Shown: positions 9,938 through 19,222 of the stretch, one piece after another | Layout: each line of letters begins with the position of its first letter | How positions within the stretch are numbered: the first letter of the stretch is position 1 | DNA from: Candidatus Heimdallarchaeota archaeon | GTDB lineage: Archaea > Asgardarchaeota > Heimdallarchaeia > Hodarchaeales > Hodarchaeaceae | Assembly: GCA_020353515.1 (NCBI GenBank) | Contig: CP070695.1 | Span: 756,957 to 820,956, forward strand | Reading direction: 5' to 3' | Length of the DNA stretch: 64,000 nucleotides | Program-made: the position numbers and the translations under genes | Notes under the pieces: generated by a model | Database searches by the model: none | What the model was told of the DNA's origin: nothing | The model's input: only the letters and a program-made list of their open reading frames with translations

Positions 9938-10921
9938 TTAATCCTCTATTTCTTCATCTACTTTATTTTCATGAGTCGAATCGGAAGAAAAAATGATTTT
10001 CATAGTCAACGACTTGGCTAAATCGACTTGTTGATCCGAAATAGCATGATCTGAGAATTTAACCTCTTCAAACACATTCGTTAAGTTTTCTATCAAAGGA
10101 GGAGAGGTCAAAGTCTTTTTGACCACATCTTGACTAAATTCTGTAGGAGTAAAATTAAGTGAACTATCTGCTCCACGTTCTTCAAGAGCTGTAGATGCTT
10201 GGTAATAGCACTCTAAGACAGTTCTCATCTTAAATTGGTTTTCTTGTTCATCTTCTAGAATGGTTTCAGTCTCCTCGAAGTCAATCCCCACATCTTTAGA
10301 CCTTCGTTTAATTATTAACATGAACAATAGGGGTGCAAAAAACAAAAAAATAAGAAAAAAGATACTCAAAGATTGGAAAAAATCACTGAAATCTACTAGA
10401 TTAACTGGTGGAGAAATTGGCTGGGTTGATTCTGTTTTTTGTTGAGTCTCAAGTGTTTCAGTATAAGGAGTGGTATCGGTGGGAATGGTGGTTGCATTAT
10501 AACTTGGTATAATAGGTTCTTCTTCTCCTTCTTCTTCCTGAATGGTTGCTCCAATTATAGCAGCAATAATCAAAAAACCTATTACAAGCACTCCGATTGA
10601 CTGAATGAGGAAAAACCAAGGATGATTATGCTTTTTACGGTAATTTAAATAGATATAAATTCCAGAGAATACAGGAAGAATAACCCCTAAAACCTCAAAT
10701 AAAATGAAATTTAATGTCAAAAAGGGTGGATTCTTAATGATTCCTGACATTTGCCCCAATGACACTTGAGTGAAAGTCACAGTCAGTAAAAGAAGACAAA
10801 GAATAAGAAATTCTTTACGAAGTACGAAGTCGAAATCCTTAGTATTCACTTTGAATCCTACTGCTGTGTGTTTGATTGTGATAATTGATTTTTTACTTAT
10901 TACCTTTTTCTCTTGATGCAA
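9938..10921 (-). CDS. Membrane protein with C-terminal DUF4129-like domain
   Basis: About 4 TM helices, Thr/Pro-rich loop, C-terminal CYYQA...TPTEF...LTNVFEEVKFSDH; usual MoxR/DUF58 neighbour. Confidence 0.75.
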   Translation of the reverse strand: MHQEKKVISKKSIITIKHTAVGFKVNTKDFDFVLRKEFLILCLLLLTVTFTQVSLGQMSGIIKNPPFLTLNFILFEVLGVILPVFSGIYIYLNYRKKHNHPWFFLIQSIGVLVIGFLIIAAIIGATIQEEEGEEEPIIPSYNATTIPTDTTPYTETLETQQKTESTQPISPPVNLVDFSDFFQSLSIFFLIFLFFAPLLFMLIIKRRSKDVGIDFEETETILEDEQENQFKMRTVLECYYQASTALEERGADSSLNFTPTEFSQDVVKKTLTSPPLIENLTNVFEEVKFSDHAISDQQVDLAKSLTMKIIFSSDSTHENKVDEEIED

Positions 10922-11173
10922 ATTCTCACGATTTTAATGGATTTCCTATTTGTAGTTTTATCCAAATTTTTTTAAATAGAGTATTCGTTATTATTAGAGG
11001 GAAGAAATTCTAAAACACGATTTTGTGAACCTCTGTACAAATAGAACATAGATGAATATTAATTGCTGTTTTCGAATCGAACTTAGCTTTAATCTGTTCT
11101 CTCTTGATGAGTAGAAGAATAGACTTATAAATTTGGAGAAAGGTGAATTAGGAAAGGAAAAGAGGCAGGATAA

Positions 11174-11602
11174 ATGTTCATTTACTGGATTGATAAACAA
11201 CGTTTAGCTGGATCTAGTGAACCTAATTTAGAAGATTTTCCTTTTCTTAAAACCCTTGAATGGGGGGGGATGGTTAATCTTCAAGAAAAATCATCAACAG
11301 AGGAGTTAGCATCCCTTTTAGCGATACCATATTTGCATTTGCCGATCGAGGATTTCTCAACACCTACTGAAACTGATTTGGAAACAATACTTGAATTCTT
11401 CCTTGAATGTCAGAATGAAAATCCCAATTTACCAGTATTAATTCACTGTACAGCAGGACATGGAAGAACTGGTACAGTAATTGCTGCACTCTTAGTTGTT
11501 ATTGACCGTATTATGCCTGAAGAAGCCATCAAATTTGTGAGAGGAGTGAACCCTCTTGCAATTGAAACCAAGGATCAAGAAGAATTTATCAAAAGCCTCT
11601 AA
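11174..11602 (+). CDS. Dual-specificity (Cdc14/PTP-like) protein phosphatase
   Basis: Catalytic HCTAGHGRTG (CX5R), PIEDF acid loop, IETKDQ Q-loop. Confidence 0.9.
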   Translation: MFIYWIDKQRLAGSSEPNLEDFPFLKTLEWGGMVNLQEKSSTEELASLLAIPYLHLPIEDFSTPTETDLETILEFFLECQNENPNLPVLIHCTAGHGRTGTVIAALLVVIDRIMPEEAIKFVRGVNPLAIETKDQEEFIKSL

Positions 11603-11758
11603 ATACCTTTTCTAGCTCTTTACGAAAGCTACTTTCTTCTAAAGGATGATTTCTTCGCTACATTATAAGAAAGATAAATATCCTATGTCGGATCCACAGT
11701 CTATAGAAAAATAGAAAATAAAACAGTAACGAAATAAGACCATAAGGAATAACGGATT

Positions 11759-12337
11759 ATGACTCGCTCCTCAAGTATCCTTGGTACAGTATTAGCAATT
11801 ATAGGATTTCTATTACCATCATTTATTCTTATATGGACTGGTAATGAATCAGTTGTGATGATCTTAGCAGCAGGGTATTTTTTTCTATGGGGTTATTATG
11901 ACATAGATTTAGGGTGGTTTGGATCTGCTAGTGATTCTGGGCTCCATTTATTTAACTTGAATTGGTATCTCGATCCTTCGAACATTTCTCAAGGATCGGA
12001 GCTCATTGATGCATATTTAAATAGTCTTAGTACGGCTATTTACCCTGGAAATTTTGGAGATAAAGGATTGGATATCTCTGGGATAACTTTTGGGTTATCA
12101 CTCCTTATTATTGTAATAGCTATTTTCTTAGGTTTAGTTAGGAAGGAACATCCTAAAATATCTGGATTATTATATGTCATTGGAGCAGCGGTTGGTCTTT
12201 CATCGTTATTATTAATATGGAATAATGCTACTAATCTAACGTTTATTGGTGGTGGGGTTGAAGATAATTTTCTCCCAGTACCTCTAGGAAGTCTTCTTGT
12301 TTTAATAGCTGGGATATGGAATCTTGTGAAATCATAA
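11759..12337 (+). CDS. Hypothetical membrane protein
   Basis: 4-5 hydrophobic segments. Confidence 0.7.
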   Translation: MTRSSSILGTVLAIIGFLLPSFILIWTGNESVVMILAAGYFFLWGYYDIDLGWFGSASDSGLHLFNLNWYLDPSNISQGSELIDAYLNSLSTAIYPGNFGDKGLDISGITFGLSLLIIVIAIFLGLVRKEHPKISGLLYVIGAAVGLSSLLLIWNNATNLTFIGGGVEDNFLPVPLGSLLVLIAGIWNLVKS

Positions 12338-12372
12338 ATTCATTGTCAAATTAAATCACCGAGAGTGAGAAA

Positions 12373-13452
12373 ATGAAAATACAAACGTCTGATGCAGATG
12401 AAGTATTTAATAAATGGTTGACGAAAGTTGATTCAAAAAAATTGAAAAAATCATTCGGAATTGAAAAAGAAGCAATTACAGCAGCTGAAAGCGTAAAAAA
12501 TGTTGAGAAATCAGCTTTTCTTTTTTTCTATTCAGAGATTCAAAAGAAAAAGAGTCTTGGAGCAAAAGAACAAAAGCCTGAAAAAATTAATGCGTCAAAA
12601 TTAGCAGACATCACCTTCTATTCATTTTCATCTGAAGGTGTTAAAACAGACACTTGGAAGGAAAAAAAGGATTTTGTACCACTGATTAAAAATCTCAAAG
12701 AATTAAGATGTAAGAGATGTGACGGAAAAGGAACAGAAAAATGTGGACATTGTAATAATTCTCGACTAATCACTTGTGATGAGTGCAAAGGAAAAGAAAT
12801 TAAGTGTGATAAATGTAAAGGGTCAGGGAATCACACAATTACTTTGGAAGTTAAAGAAATAAACAAAAAGGGGGAAGAAAAAACAAGCAAAATCGAGAAA
12901 GCAACCAGATGTCCTTCCTGCTTTGGATCGGGAAAATTTAATTGTCATAAATGTGGAGGAACTGGAAAAATTGTGTGTTACGAATGTAAGGGTAATCCAA
13001 AAACTTGTCGTGAATGTAATGGACATGGACTATTCTATGAATTCTATAAAAGTCCAGTACCACTAATCATTACTCCTAGTAAGCAATTTTATTCATTTAT
13101 GGTGAAAAAAGACGAATGGATGTTGAAAGACAAGTATTATAATCAGAAATTGGAATCTGCTGAGTCTTATCCCTTTCAAGACCCAAGAGACTTGAATGAG
13201 AAGGAATTAAAAGAGTTATTCGGGGTAATTTCTCTAGATAAGGAGCTGAGAAAATGTATCGAGGATACAAAAAAGGCCTTTGAGGAGATGGAAAAAGAAT
13301 ATAAGAAGGGAAAATCCTTTGAACGACCTTTAAGGCCAATTTTATTAGTATTTCTTCTTCGAATGTATATCGAGACTCCAAAAAGGAAAAAATTTGATAT
13401 TTATGCTTTAGGGACAAAAAATAAGTATATAATTATGACAAATCAATTTTAA
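12373..13452 (+). CDS. DnaJ-type CxxCxGxG zinc-finger protein without J domain (SSUH2-like)
   Basis: Eight CxxC motifs, most followed by xGxG; no HPD J-domain. Confidence 0.75.
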   Translation: MKIQTSDADEVFNKWLTKVDSKKLKKSFGIEKEAITAAESVKNVEKSAFLFFYSEIQKKKSLGAKEQKPEKINASKLADITFYSFSSEGVKTDTWKEKKDFVPLIKNLKELRCKRCDGKGTEKCGHCNNSRLITCDECKGKEIKCDKCKGSGNHTITLEVKEINKKGEEKTSKIEKATRCPSCFGSGKFNCHKCGGTGKIVCYECKGNPKTCRECNGHGLFYEFYKSPVPLIITPSKQFYSFMVKKDEWMLKDKYYNQKLESAESYPFQDPRDLNEKELKELFGVISLDKELRKCIEDTKKAFEEMEKEYKKGKSFERPLRPILLVFLLRMYIETPKRKKFDIYALGTKNKYIIMTNQF

Positions 13453-13465
13453 GTAATTGGGGATA

Positions 13466-14614
13466 CTAATCTGAACCATTGGATGGAGTGACGACCCCTT
13501 TTAAAAATTTCGTTATCACTGATTCAACCTCTAGTACCTCTGCAATCGGAACTCGTTCATTGGCACAATGAATAGCTTTTGGATCACCAGGTCCATATAT
13601 AACAAAAGGGATAGGATGAGGAGCTTGAGTAACCAGGACTGCTGCGTCAGTTCCGTAATTTAATCCGATTGGATTTTTATTCTCACTCTCTTCCATAAAT
13701 AGCCTAACAAATTCATTTTCCGGAGAATTAGACACAGGTTGCATAATCTGACTTATTTCTGTAGTAAAACTCGCAAGACTTGTTTTACTATAATACTGGA
13801 TAATTTCAGAGATCTTATTCGCATAAATTTCTGGATCTATAGGAGGAACAAGGCGGTAATCACAGTGAACTTTCGCATTCTCTGGTACTACATTTGCAGA
13901 TTTTCCTCCTTTGAATTTTCCTATATTTAGTGTACTTTGGCCAAGTATAGGGTCGATGTCTTTTGGTAAATGCTTATGTAGAAGAGGAAATAATTGTGTG
14001 AGTTCCTCTATTGCGTTTATTCCTTTTTCAGGTGTTGAACCGTGTGCAGCTTTACCAAACGATTCTATTTTGAACCAGAGGACTCCTTTTTCTGCGATTC
14101 CTACATTCATTGCTGTTGGTTCAGTCACAATGAGAAAATCAGCTTTATCCAGAATTCCTAATTTCATCACTGCTTTTGCTCCACCAAGTCCTACCTCTTC
14201 ATCAGAAGTCCCGATAAATGTTATCTTGTAATCTAAATTATCCAAGTTATCTGTTGATTCATTTAGGGATTTCAAAGCCCCGAGGCAAGCTGACACGCCA
14301 CCTTTCATATCAGCTGAACCCCGACCGTAAATATAACCCTGATATTCTTCCGCTCCGAGGGGATCATACTCCCAGTTTTTTAAATCGCCAACAGGCACGG
14401 TATCTAGGTGTCCACACATTACTATTGACTTAGGTGCATTTCCAAGTGTTAGGATAATATTGGCTTGATTTTTTTTATACCATTGAGTTTCAAATGGGAT
14501 TCTATTGGTTTTTGCCCAATTTTGAATCCAATTAATAATAAGACGTGTATTCCCGGGAGGATTTTCAGAATTCAATCCAATTAATGATCTTAAAATTGCC
14601 AAACAGTTCGACAA
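13466..14614 (-). CDS. M20 family metallo-amidohydrolase (ArgE/DapE-like)
   Basis: CGHLDTVP, GRGSADMKGG, DEEVG, TEPT, GKAAHGS, GTDA, H-x-x-NE. Confidence 0.92.
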   Translation of the reverse strand: MSNCLAILRSLIGLNSENPPGNTRLIINWIQNWAKTNRIPFETQWYKKNQANIILTLGNAPKSIVMCGHLDTVPVGDLKNWEYDPLGAEEYQGYIYGRGSADMKGGVSACLGALKSLNESTDNLDNLDYKITFIGTSDEEVGLGGAKAVMKLGILDKADFLIVTEPTAMNVGIAEKGVLWFKIESFGKAAHGSTPEKGINAIEELTQLFPLLHKHLPKDIDPILGQSTLNIGKFKGGKSANVVPENAKVHCDYRLVPPIDPEIYANKISEIIQYYSKTSLASFTTEISQIMQPVSNSPENEFVRLFMEESENKNPIGLNYGTDAAVLVTQAPHPIPFVIYGPGDPKAIHCANERVPIAEVLEVESVITKFLKGVVTPSNGSD

Positions 14615-14617
14615 TAG

Positions 14618-14890
14618 TTATCTTCCCAAATAGGAGTTGCCTTCGGTTGTTGATTTGAGATTTTCATACTGGTTTCGTTCAATTTCAGCAAAAATTGCTC
14701 CTTTGTAACCACAAATATGACAATTGTAATAAGGTGGAGACAAAAACCCGAGAAAACTGTTAAGGTGAACTTCAAGATTATCCCCTAAACAGATCGGACA
14801 CACTTTGATAACATCTTTAGCTGATCCTCGACGAATATATCTTCGGATATCTCTGAGATTTTTTAAGAATTGGCGCATTCTAATCATCAA
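14618..14890 (-). CDS. Small zinc-ribbon protein
   Basis: CPIC...YNCHICGYKG; co-oriented and 3 bp from the M20 gene. Confidence 0.7.
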   Translation of the reverse strand: MMIRMRQFLKNLRDIRRYIRRGSAKDVIKVCPICLGDNLEVHLNSFLGFLSPPYYNCHICGYKGAIFAEIERNQYENLKSTTEGNSYLGR

Positions 14891-15052
14891 ATGTAAAGAG
14901 GAGTATTTTTATCTACTTTTTGTGTACGATTTTTAAAACATGTTTCTTAAAAACGTTAAAATTGGTAACTTTTTTATTTCCCTTTCTAAACATAGTATGT
15001 AACAAAAAAGTATTTAGATTAATGTTTCCTCTAAAAATTAGGTAATTACCTG

Positions 15053-15625
15053 TTGATCGGAATGTCAAGGCCTCTTACATACAACTTTTTAGCGAAGATT
15101 TTACTATTAGGTGAATTTCGTGTTGGCAAGTCGTCAATGGTTCTTCGTTATGTTGAGGATAGATTTCCAGGAGATTATATGGCAACAATAGGTGCCAATT
15201 TTCTAGTCAAAACAGTGAATCTTCCCTTCGAAGGCATGGAATTTAAAGTTGGGCTTCAAATTTGGGATATCGGAGGGCATGCTCGATCATCTCAAGTTGG
15301 ACGAGTATTTTTTCAAGGGGTTTCTGGAGCCCTTTTGGTTTATGATATGACCCGAAAAGAGACTCTAGGAAAATTACCCTTATGGATTGATCAATTGAAG
15401 AAATTTTCACCTGACGTAAGTATGTATCTAGTAGGCAATAAAAATGACTTAGTCGACGAAAGACAAGTCACACCGGATGAGGGGAAAGAAGCTAAAAATA
15501 GCATGCAAATGGTCAATTTTTTTGAGACAAGCGCAAAAACTGGAGATTATATACAAGAAACCTTTGAAGATTTAGCGAGACTTCTTGTAGAGACGAATCG
15601 TGATAAAATCACTCCTCCCGAGTAG
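15053..15625 (+). CDS. Rab-like small GTPase with atypical G1 and G3
   Basis: G1 GEFRVGKS, TIGANF, G3 WDIGGH, G4 NKND, G5 ETSAK. Confidence 0.92.
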   Translation: MIGMSRPLTYNFLAKILLLGEFRVGKSSMVLRYVEDRFPGDYMATIGANFLVKTVNLPFEGMEFKVGLQIWDIGGHARSSQVGRVFFQGVSGALLVYDMTRKETLGKLPLWIDQLKKFSPDVSMYLVGNKNDLVDERQVTPDEGKEAKNSMQMVNFFETSAKTGDYIQETFEDLARLLVETNRDKITPPE

Positions 15626-15640
15626 ATTAGATAACATACT

Positions 15641-15997
15641 TCATGCTATCATCATCAGGTCTTCAAGAGACCCGACATTTTTCAGTTGAGCCCTATACAT
15701 ATTCACCTCTTCAGAAGAGATTTCTTTATTGCTCATTAAAAAGTCTAGAATATCAAAAAAAATGTCTTTAGCATAGGGGAAATTTGTAGTTACTTCTGGA
15801 AGGGAGGTGAATGCAAAAGTCAATTTATCGGATATTGTTGCATCATCGACCTTTAAGGCATTTCTAATTGTATGAACATAGATTTGATCGTCAGAAATGC
15901 TTTGAGCGATTTTCCTTCTTTTCTTTGCTTCTTGTGAGGCGTCATGGGAAAGCACTGGAACGAAAAGTTTCTTAAAAAAACGAATAAAACGGTTCAT
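15641..15997 (-). CDS. Hypothetical protein
   Basis: 118-aa ORF filling the gap between genes; no motif. Confidence 0.6.
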   Translation of the reverse strand: MNRFIRFFKKLFVPVLSHDASQEAKKRRKIAQSISDDQIYVHTIRNALKVDDATISDKLTFAFTSLPEVTTNFPYAKDIFFDILDFLMSNKEISSEEVNMYRAQLKNVGSLEDLMMIA

Positions 15998-16211
15998 TGT
16001 ACTTTGCTCTGTAAATTTCTATACTAGAACTTAAGCTCAAAATATGTAGTCTGGGTATTCTTAACCAGTGTAGATAGAGCTTTTTATCAAATCCTTTTTA
16101 AATTATTTTTGCTTGTCTAATTATACTAGTTTATATGAATTTAAATTTATTATTATACGGATAACTCATGCCAATAATACCTTTGGTAATTTCACGATAG
16201 AGGTCTAAAAC

Positions 16212-17261
16212 TTGACAGAATCACATCAGAGCCATTCTGAAGCGATCGCTGGCGTTCGAATTAAAAGATTTTTAACTATGGCCGTGATGAAACTATCCCA
16301 GGAACTACTAGATCGCTCTCGATCTAATTCAGATGAGACAAAAAAATTAATAGAAAATATGATTGATGATTTAGTTAAATCAAATTTCACTCTATCATCT
16401 TCCGATAATACACTAACTCAAGCAAAACTGTTTTTGGCCTCCTTAGGTTTTTCCCCTTGTGAAATTGAGTGGGCAGAAGACGTTCGATTAGGAAAAGTAC
16501 TTTTAGGAAAGGGACGTATTTGGAGAGCTTCGACAGATGAAGATATGGAGTTAATTAAACTACTCTTATCAGCTGTTGTAAAAGGACTCGGCTTTTCATT
16601 TATTAATTCTAATGTACAGGTCTCTTTCATAGAAGATGAACTTCTCCCTCCCCGTTTTGCTTATGAAATTCAATTTCGAGCTGTTGAGGATGTTTTCGCT
16701 GAATCAATTCAACCAACAAAGGAAAAAACGGAGGTTCTTCTGTCTGCTGGATCTCTACTAAGTCCTATTCTTGGTAGAGGGGTTTCTATTCAAGATGCAA
16801 CACGATTTTTATTGGAAGGAACACAATCAGTAGTAGAAGAATATCAACCTGATCTATTAGAACGTAAAGATATAGAAGATTATCCCCTAAAGTTGGTCGA
16901 AGTTTTTTTCCTTAAACTTCAAGAAAATGACCAATTTGAAGATCAGGCTCATCAAATAGGAGTTTTGATGGTAAAAGGTATTAAACAAGCCTTTCCACAT
17001 CTAAAAAGACACGAAATAATCAAAGGAATTGGTTTACTGCCTCCAGATGAGATTGATGAGCTCCTCTTTTACGGAGACGTGGAAATTTGCGGTAAAGACC
17101 ATCGTGGTAAGAATATTGGCTTCTGTAGCTTTTTAGGACATATTTGGGGTGGGTTTACCTCCGAGGTTCTCGGTAAGAAATTCCGAATGACAGAGGAGCC
17201 TCTTTGTGCTACTGGAACAGGAACTAAATGCATTTTTACTCTAGAAGAAGTTAGGTCATAA
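16212..17261 (+). CDS. V4R (HNOX/Bet3-like fold) domain protein, probably tandem domains
   Basis: C-terminal C...FCSFLGHIWGGFTSEVLG...EEPLCATGTGTKCIFTL V4R signature; N-half has a similar LGF...KGLG...YEIQF pattern. Confidence 0.7.
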   Translation: MTESHQSHSEAIAGVRIKRFLTMAVMKLSQELLDRSRSNSDETKKLIENMIDDLVKSNFTLSSSDNTLTQAKLFLASLGFSPCEIEWAEDVRLGKVLLGKGRIWRASTDEDMELIKLLLSAVVKGLGFSFINSNVQVSFIEDELLPPRFAYEIQFRAVEDVFAESIQPTKEKTEVLLSAGSLLSPILGRGVSIQDATRFLLEGTQSVVEEYQPDLLERKDIEDYPLKLVEVFFLKLQENDQFEDQAHQIGVLMVKGIKQAFPHLKRHEIIKGIGLLPPDEIDELLFYGDVEICGKDHRGKNIGFCSFLGHIWGGFTSEVLGKKFRMTEEPLCATGTGTKCIFTLEEVRS

Positions 17262-17451
17262 TCACAAATTTTTAATTCATAGACTTGAAAATTAAATGGC
17301 CATATTGAAAGCTTTTAAAGGAGGTAGAGATACACATTTTTAGCAAATGTGAAACTCGCTTTTCCATTATATTCTCATCCTAAAAACGACCAAACGTTTG
17401 TTAAAATGAGTAAAAAAAATTAATAAATTTCTAAGTAAAGGTGAGTCTTAT

Positions 17452-17790
17452 ATGGTCAGTTTTTGTGAGAAATGTGGGTCACTCCTAATTCCTAAACGTC
17501 ATGAAGACAACAGTGTTACTTTAGTTTGTCGTGTATGTAAAATAGAGGCTAAAAATAAGTTCAAGGATTCTTCTTATTCCATTTCAAGCAAAATTAGGCA
17601 TGATGAAAAAGATCTGGTAACAATTGTTGAGGAAGATTTTGATATCCGACCAATAACAAAAATTAATTGTCCCAAATGCAATAATCACGAAGCTCGTTAT
17701 TGGGAAGCAGAAAATAGGCGAAAAACAGAGGAATGGGAGACTACAATGTACTTCAAATGTACCAAATGTAGATGGGTCTGGTCAGAATAA
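17452..17790 (+). CDS. Transcription factor S / RpoM-like double zinc ribbon
   Basis: FCEKCGSLL...CRVC and CPKC...FKCTKCRWVW; GGTGA RBS upstream. Confidence 0.85.
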   Translation: MVSFCEKCGSLLIPKRHEDNSVTLVCRVCKIEAKNKFKDSSYSISSKIRHDEKDLVTIVEEDFDIRPITKINCPKCNNHEARYWEAENRRKTEEWETTMYFKCTKCRWVWSE

Positions 17791-17835
17791 CCAATTTTGT
17801 AAGGAAATCTGTTTTAGATTAGAATACTTGATATA

Positions 17836-18360
17836 TTAATTTTGAACTGTAAATTCCCAGCCACAATGAAAGTCACGTTCCATTGGGTCAGGAGGACACG
17901 CAATAACATTGGTTTTGATATTTGGATCTATTGTTTCAGCAAAACCGCTATATTCCACGATTCCTACCTCCTTGCATGGAAATAGGGGTAATTTTTTTCT
18001 TTCTCGGGCTGATTGAACACGGCAGGTTTTCATTTTAAGAATTAATTTGTTGGAAGATACTCGTTTTATCTCTTGTACGTTGATAGATGCATAGAGACGT
18101 AATCTCAGTGCCTTCTCAAGACCATCAAGTCCTGAATTTGGAGCAATATTAAATTCATTCATTATTCGCCTTGCTTCGACTACAGTGAAACGCTTCCATC
18201 CTTCTTTATCTATTTGAATTGCTTCTTCAAGCCCATGACGTTCTTCAGCAGCCAAGAACCAGCATCCGTCATGAGCTAACCAGTTCTTAGCATACATTTT
18301 GATGATTTTGATTAAATCTTGCTTTTCTAGGTCTTCAAGGTTCAATTTGAGTCTCTCCAT
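17836..18360 (-). CDS. DUF6125-like protein (ATC-hydrolase/V4R-related fold)
   Basis: KNWLAHDGCWF, CRVQSAR, PCKEVG, CPPD, CGWEF. Confidence 0.75.
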   Translation of the reverse strand: MERLKLNLEDLEKQDLIKIIKMYAKNWLAHDGCWFLAAEERHGLEEAIQIDKEGWKRFTVVEARRIMNEFNIAPNSGLDGLEKALRLRLYASINVQEIKRVSSNKLILKMKTCRVQSARERKKLPLFPCKEVGIVEYSGFAETIDPNIKTNVIACPPDPMERDFHCGWEFTVQN

Positions 18361-19033
18361 GTGTTTGGGTTGATTTTGTATTAAGAAATTCTGTAGTTAT
18401 TTCTTTGAGTTCATCTAAGGTAAACCCTTCGTTCCGTAGTACTAGATCAAATTTCTTTTTATCTCGGAAAGAAATCCCATAAATTTGTTCTAAGCGTTCT
18501 CCATCCGTCCTGTCCCGTGATGTAATCCTTTGGATCAGTTCTTCTTCATTCATACCATATTCTGATCTATTTATATCATGAGAAATGCGATTAGCTATCA
18601 CTCTTGCTGCAACTTCTAACCAAATGGTGATACCATGAGTTCCAATTGCATAAGGAGCCATCCGTCCAATGAAAATCCCTCCTTCCAATAATGCAGTTTT
18701 TAATGCGTGTTTTTCAATTTCTATGTCTACTTTTTTAGCAAAATCTTCGTTTTGTGTTTTTTGTATATGTTTCATAAATTCATCTAGGTTTTTTTCTTCC
18801 CATCCTGATTCTACAGCAATTTTACGGACAAAATCACCAGAACCAATGATTTTCAAGGAAATATTGTGATATTTTTCAAAATAGAGCTGAACAAAAATTG
18901 CAACAGTGTCTTTTCCTGTTCCTGAGAATCCTCCAATAGCTATAATTGGTGTTGTTCGTTTTTTTATTTTAGTTGAGAATTTATTTAAAAGCATCTCCTC
19001 GTAATCACGAAGGTGGGGAATTAATGTGCCCAT
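18335..19033 (-). CDS. Archaeal-type cytidylate kinase family protein
   Basis: IAIGGFSGTGKDT P-loop, SGDFVRKIA, DIEIE, GRMA, RDRTDGERLEQIYGI. Confidence 0.75.
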   Translation of the reverse strand: MGTLIPHLRDYEEMLLNKFSTKIKKRTTPIIAIGGFSGTGKDTVAIFVQLYFEKYHNISLKIIGSGDFVRKIAVESGWEEKNLDEFMKHIQKTQNEDFAKKVDIEIEKHALKTALLEGGIFIGRMAPYAIGTHGITIWLEVAARVIANRISHDINRSEYGMNEEELIQRITSRDRTDGERLEQIYGISFRDKKKFDLVLRNEGFTLDELKEITTEFLNTKSTQTHGETQIEP

Positions 19034-19222
19034 TTTTTCAATCAGCTTTCACACAAATCGTTTGTTGTGACCCAGAGTCTTGATCTGGATATTTTCACAT
19101 TTTATTTTCAAACCTTGTGAAATATAGATAGAGGGAAGATGTGTTTGAATTAATACGTTTAAATGGGAAGAAGGATAGTAAAGAATTGACATGTTATATT
19201 CCGCTGCTTAACAATTTTTAGG

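Noticed and set aside
4196-10921. pncB/pncA pair and MoxR-DUF58-DUF4129 operon as novel systems
   Set aside because: Both are common, well-described arrangements.
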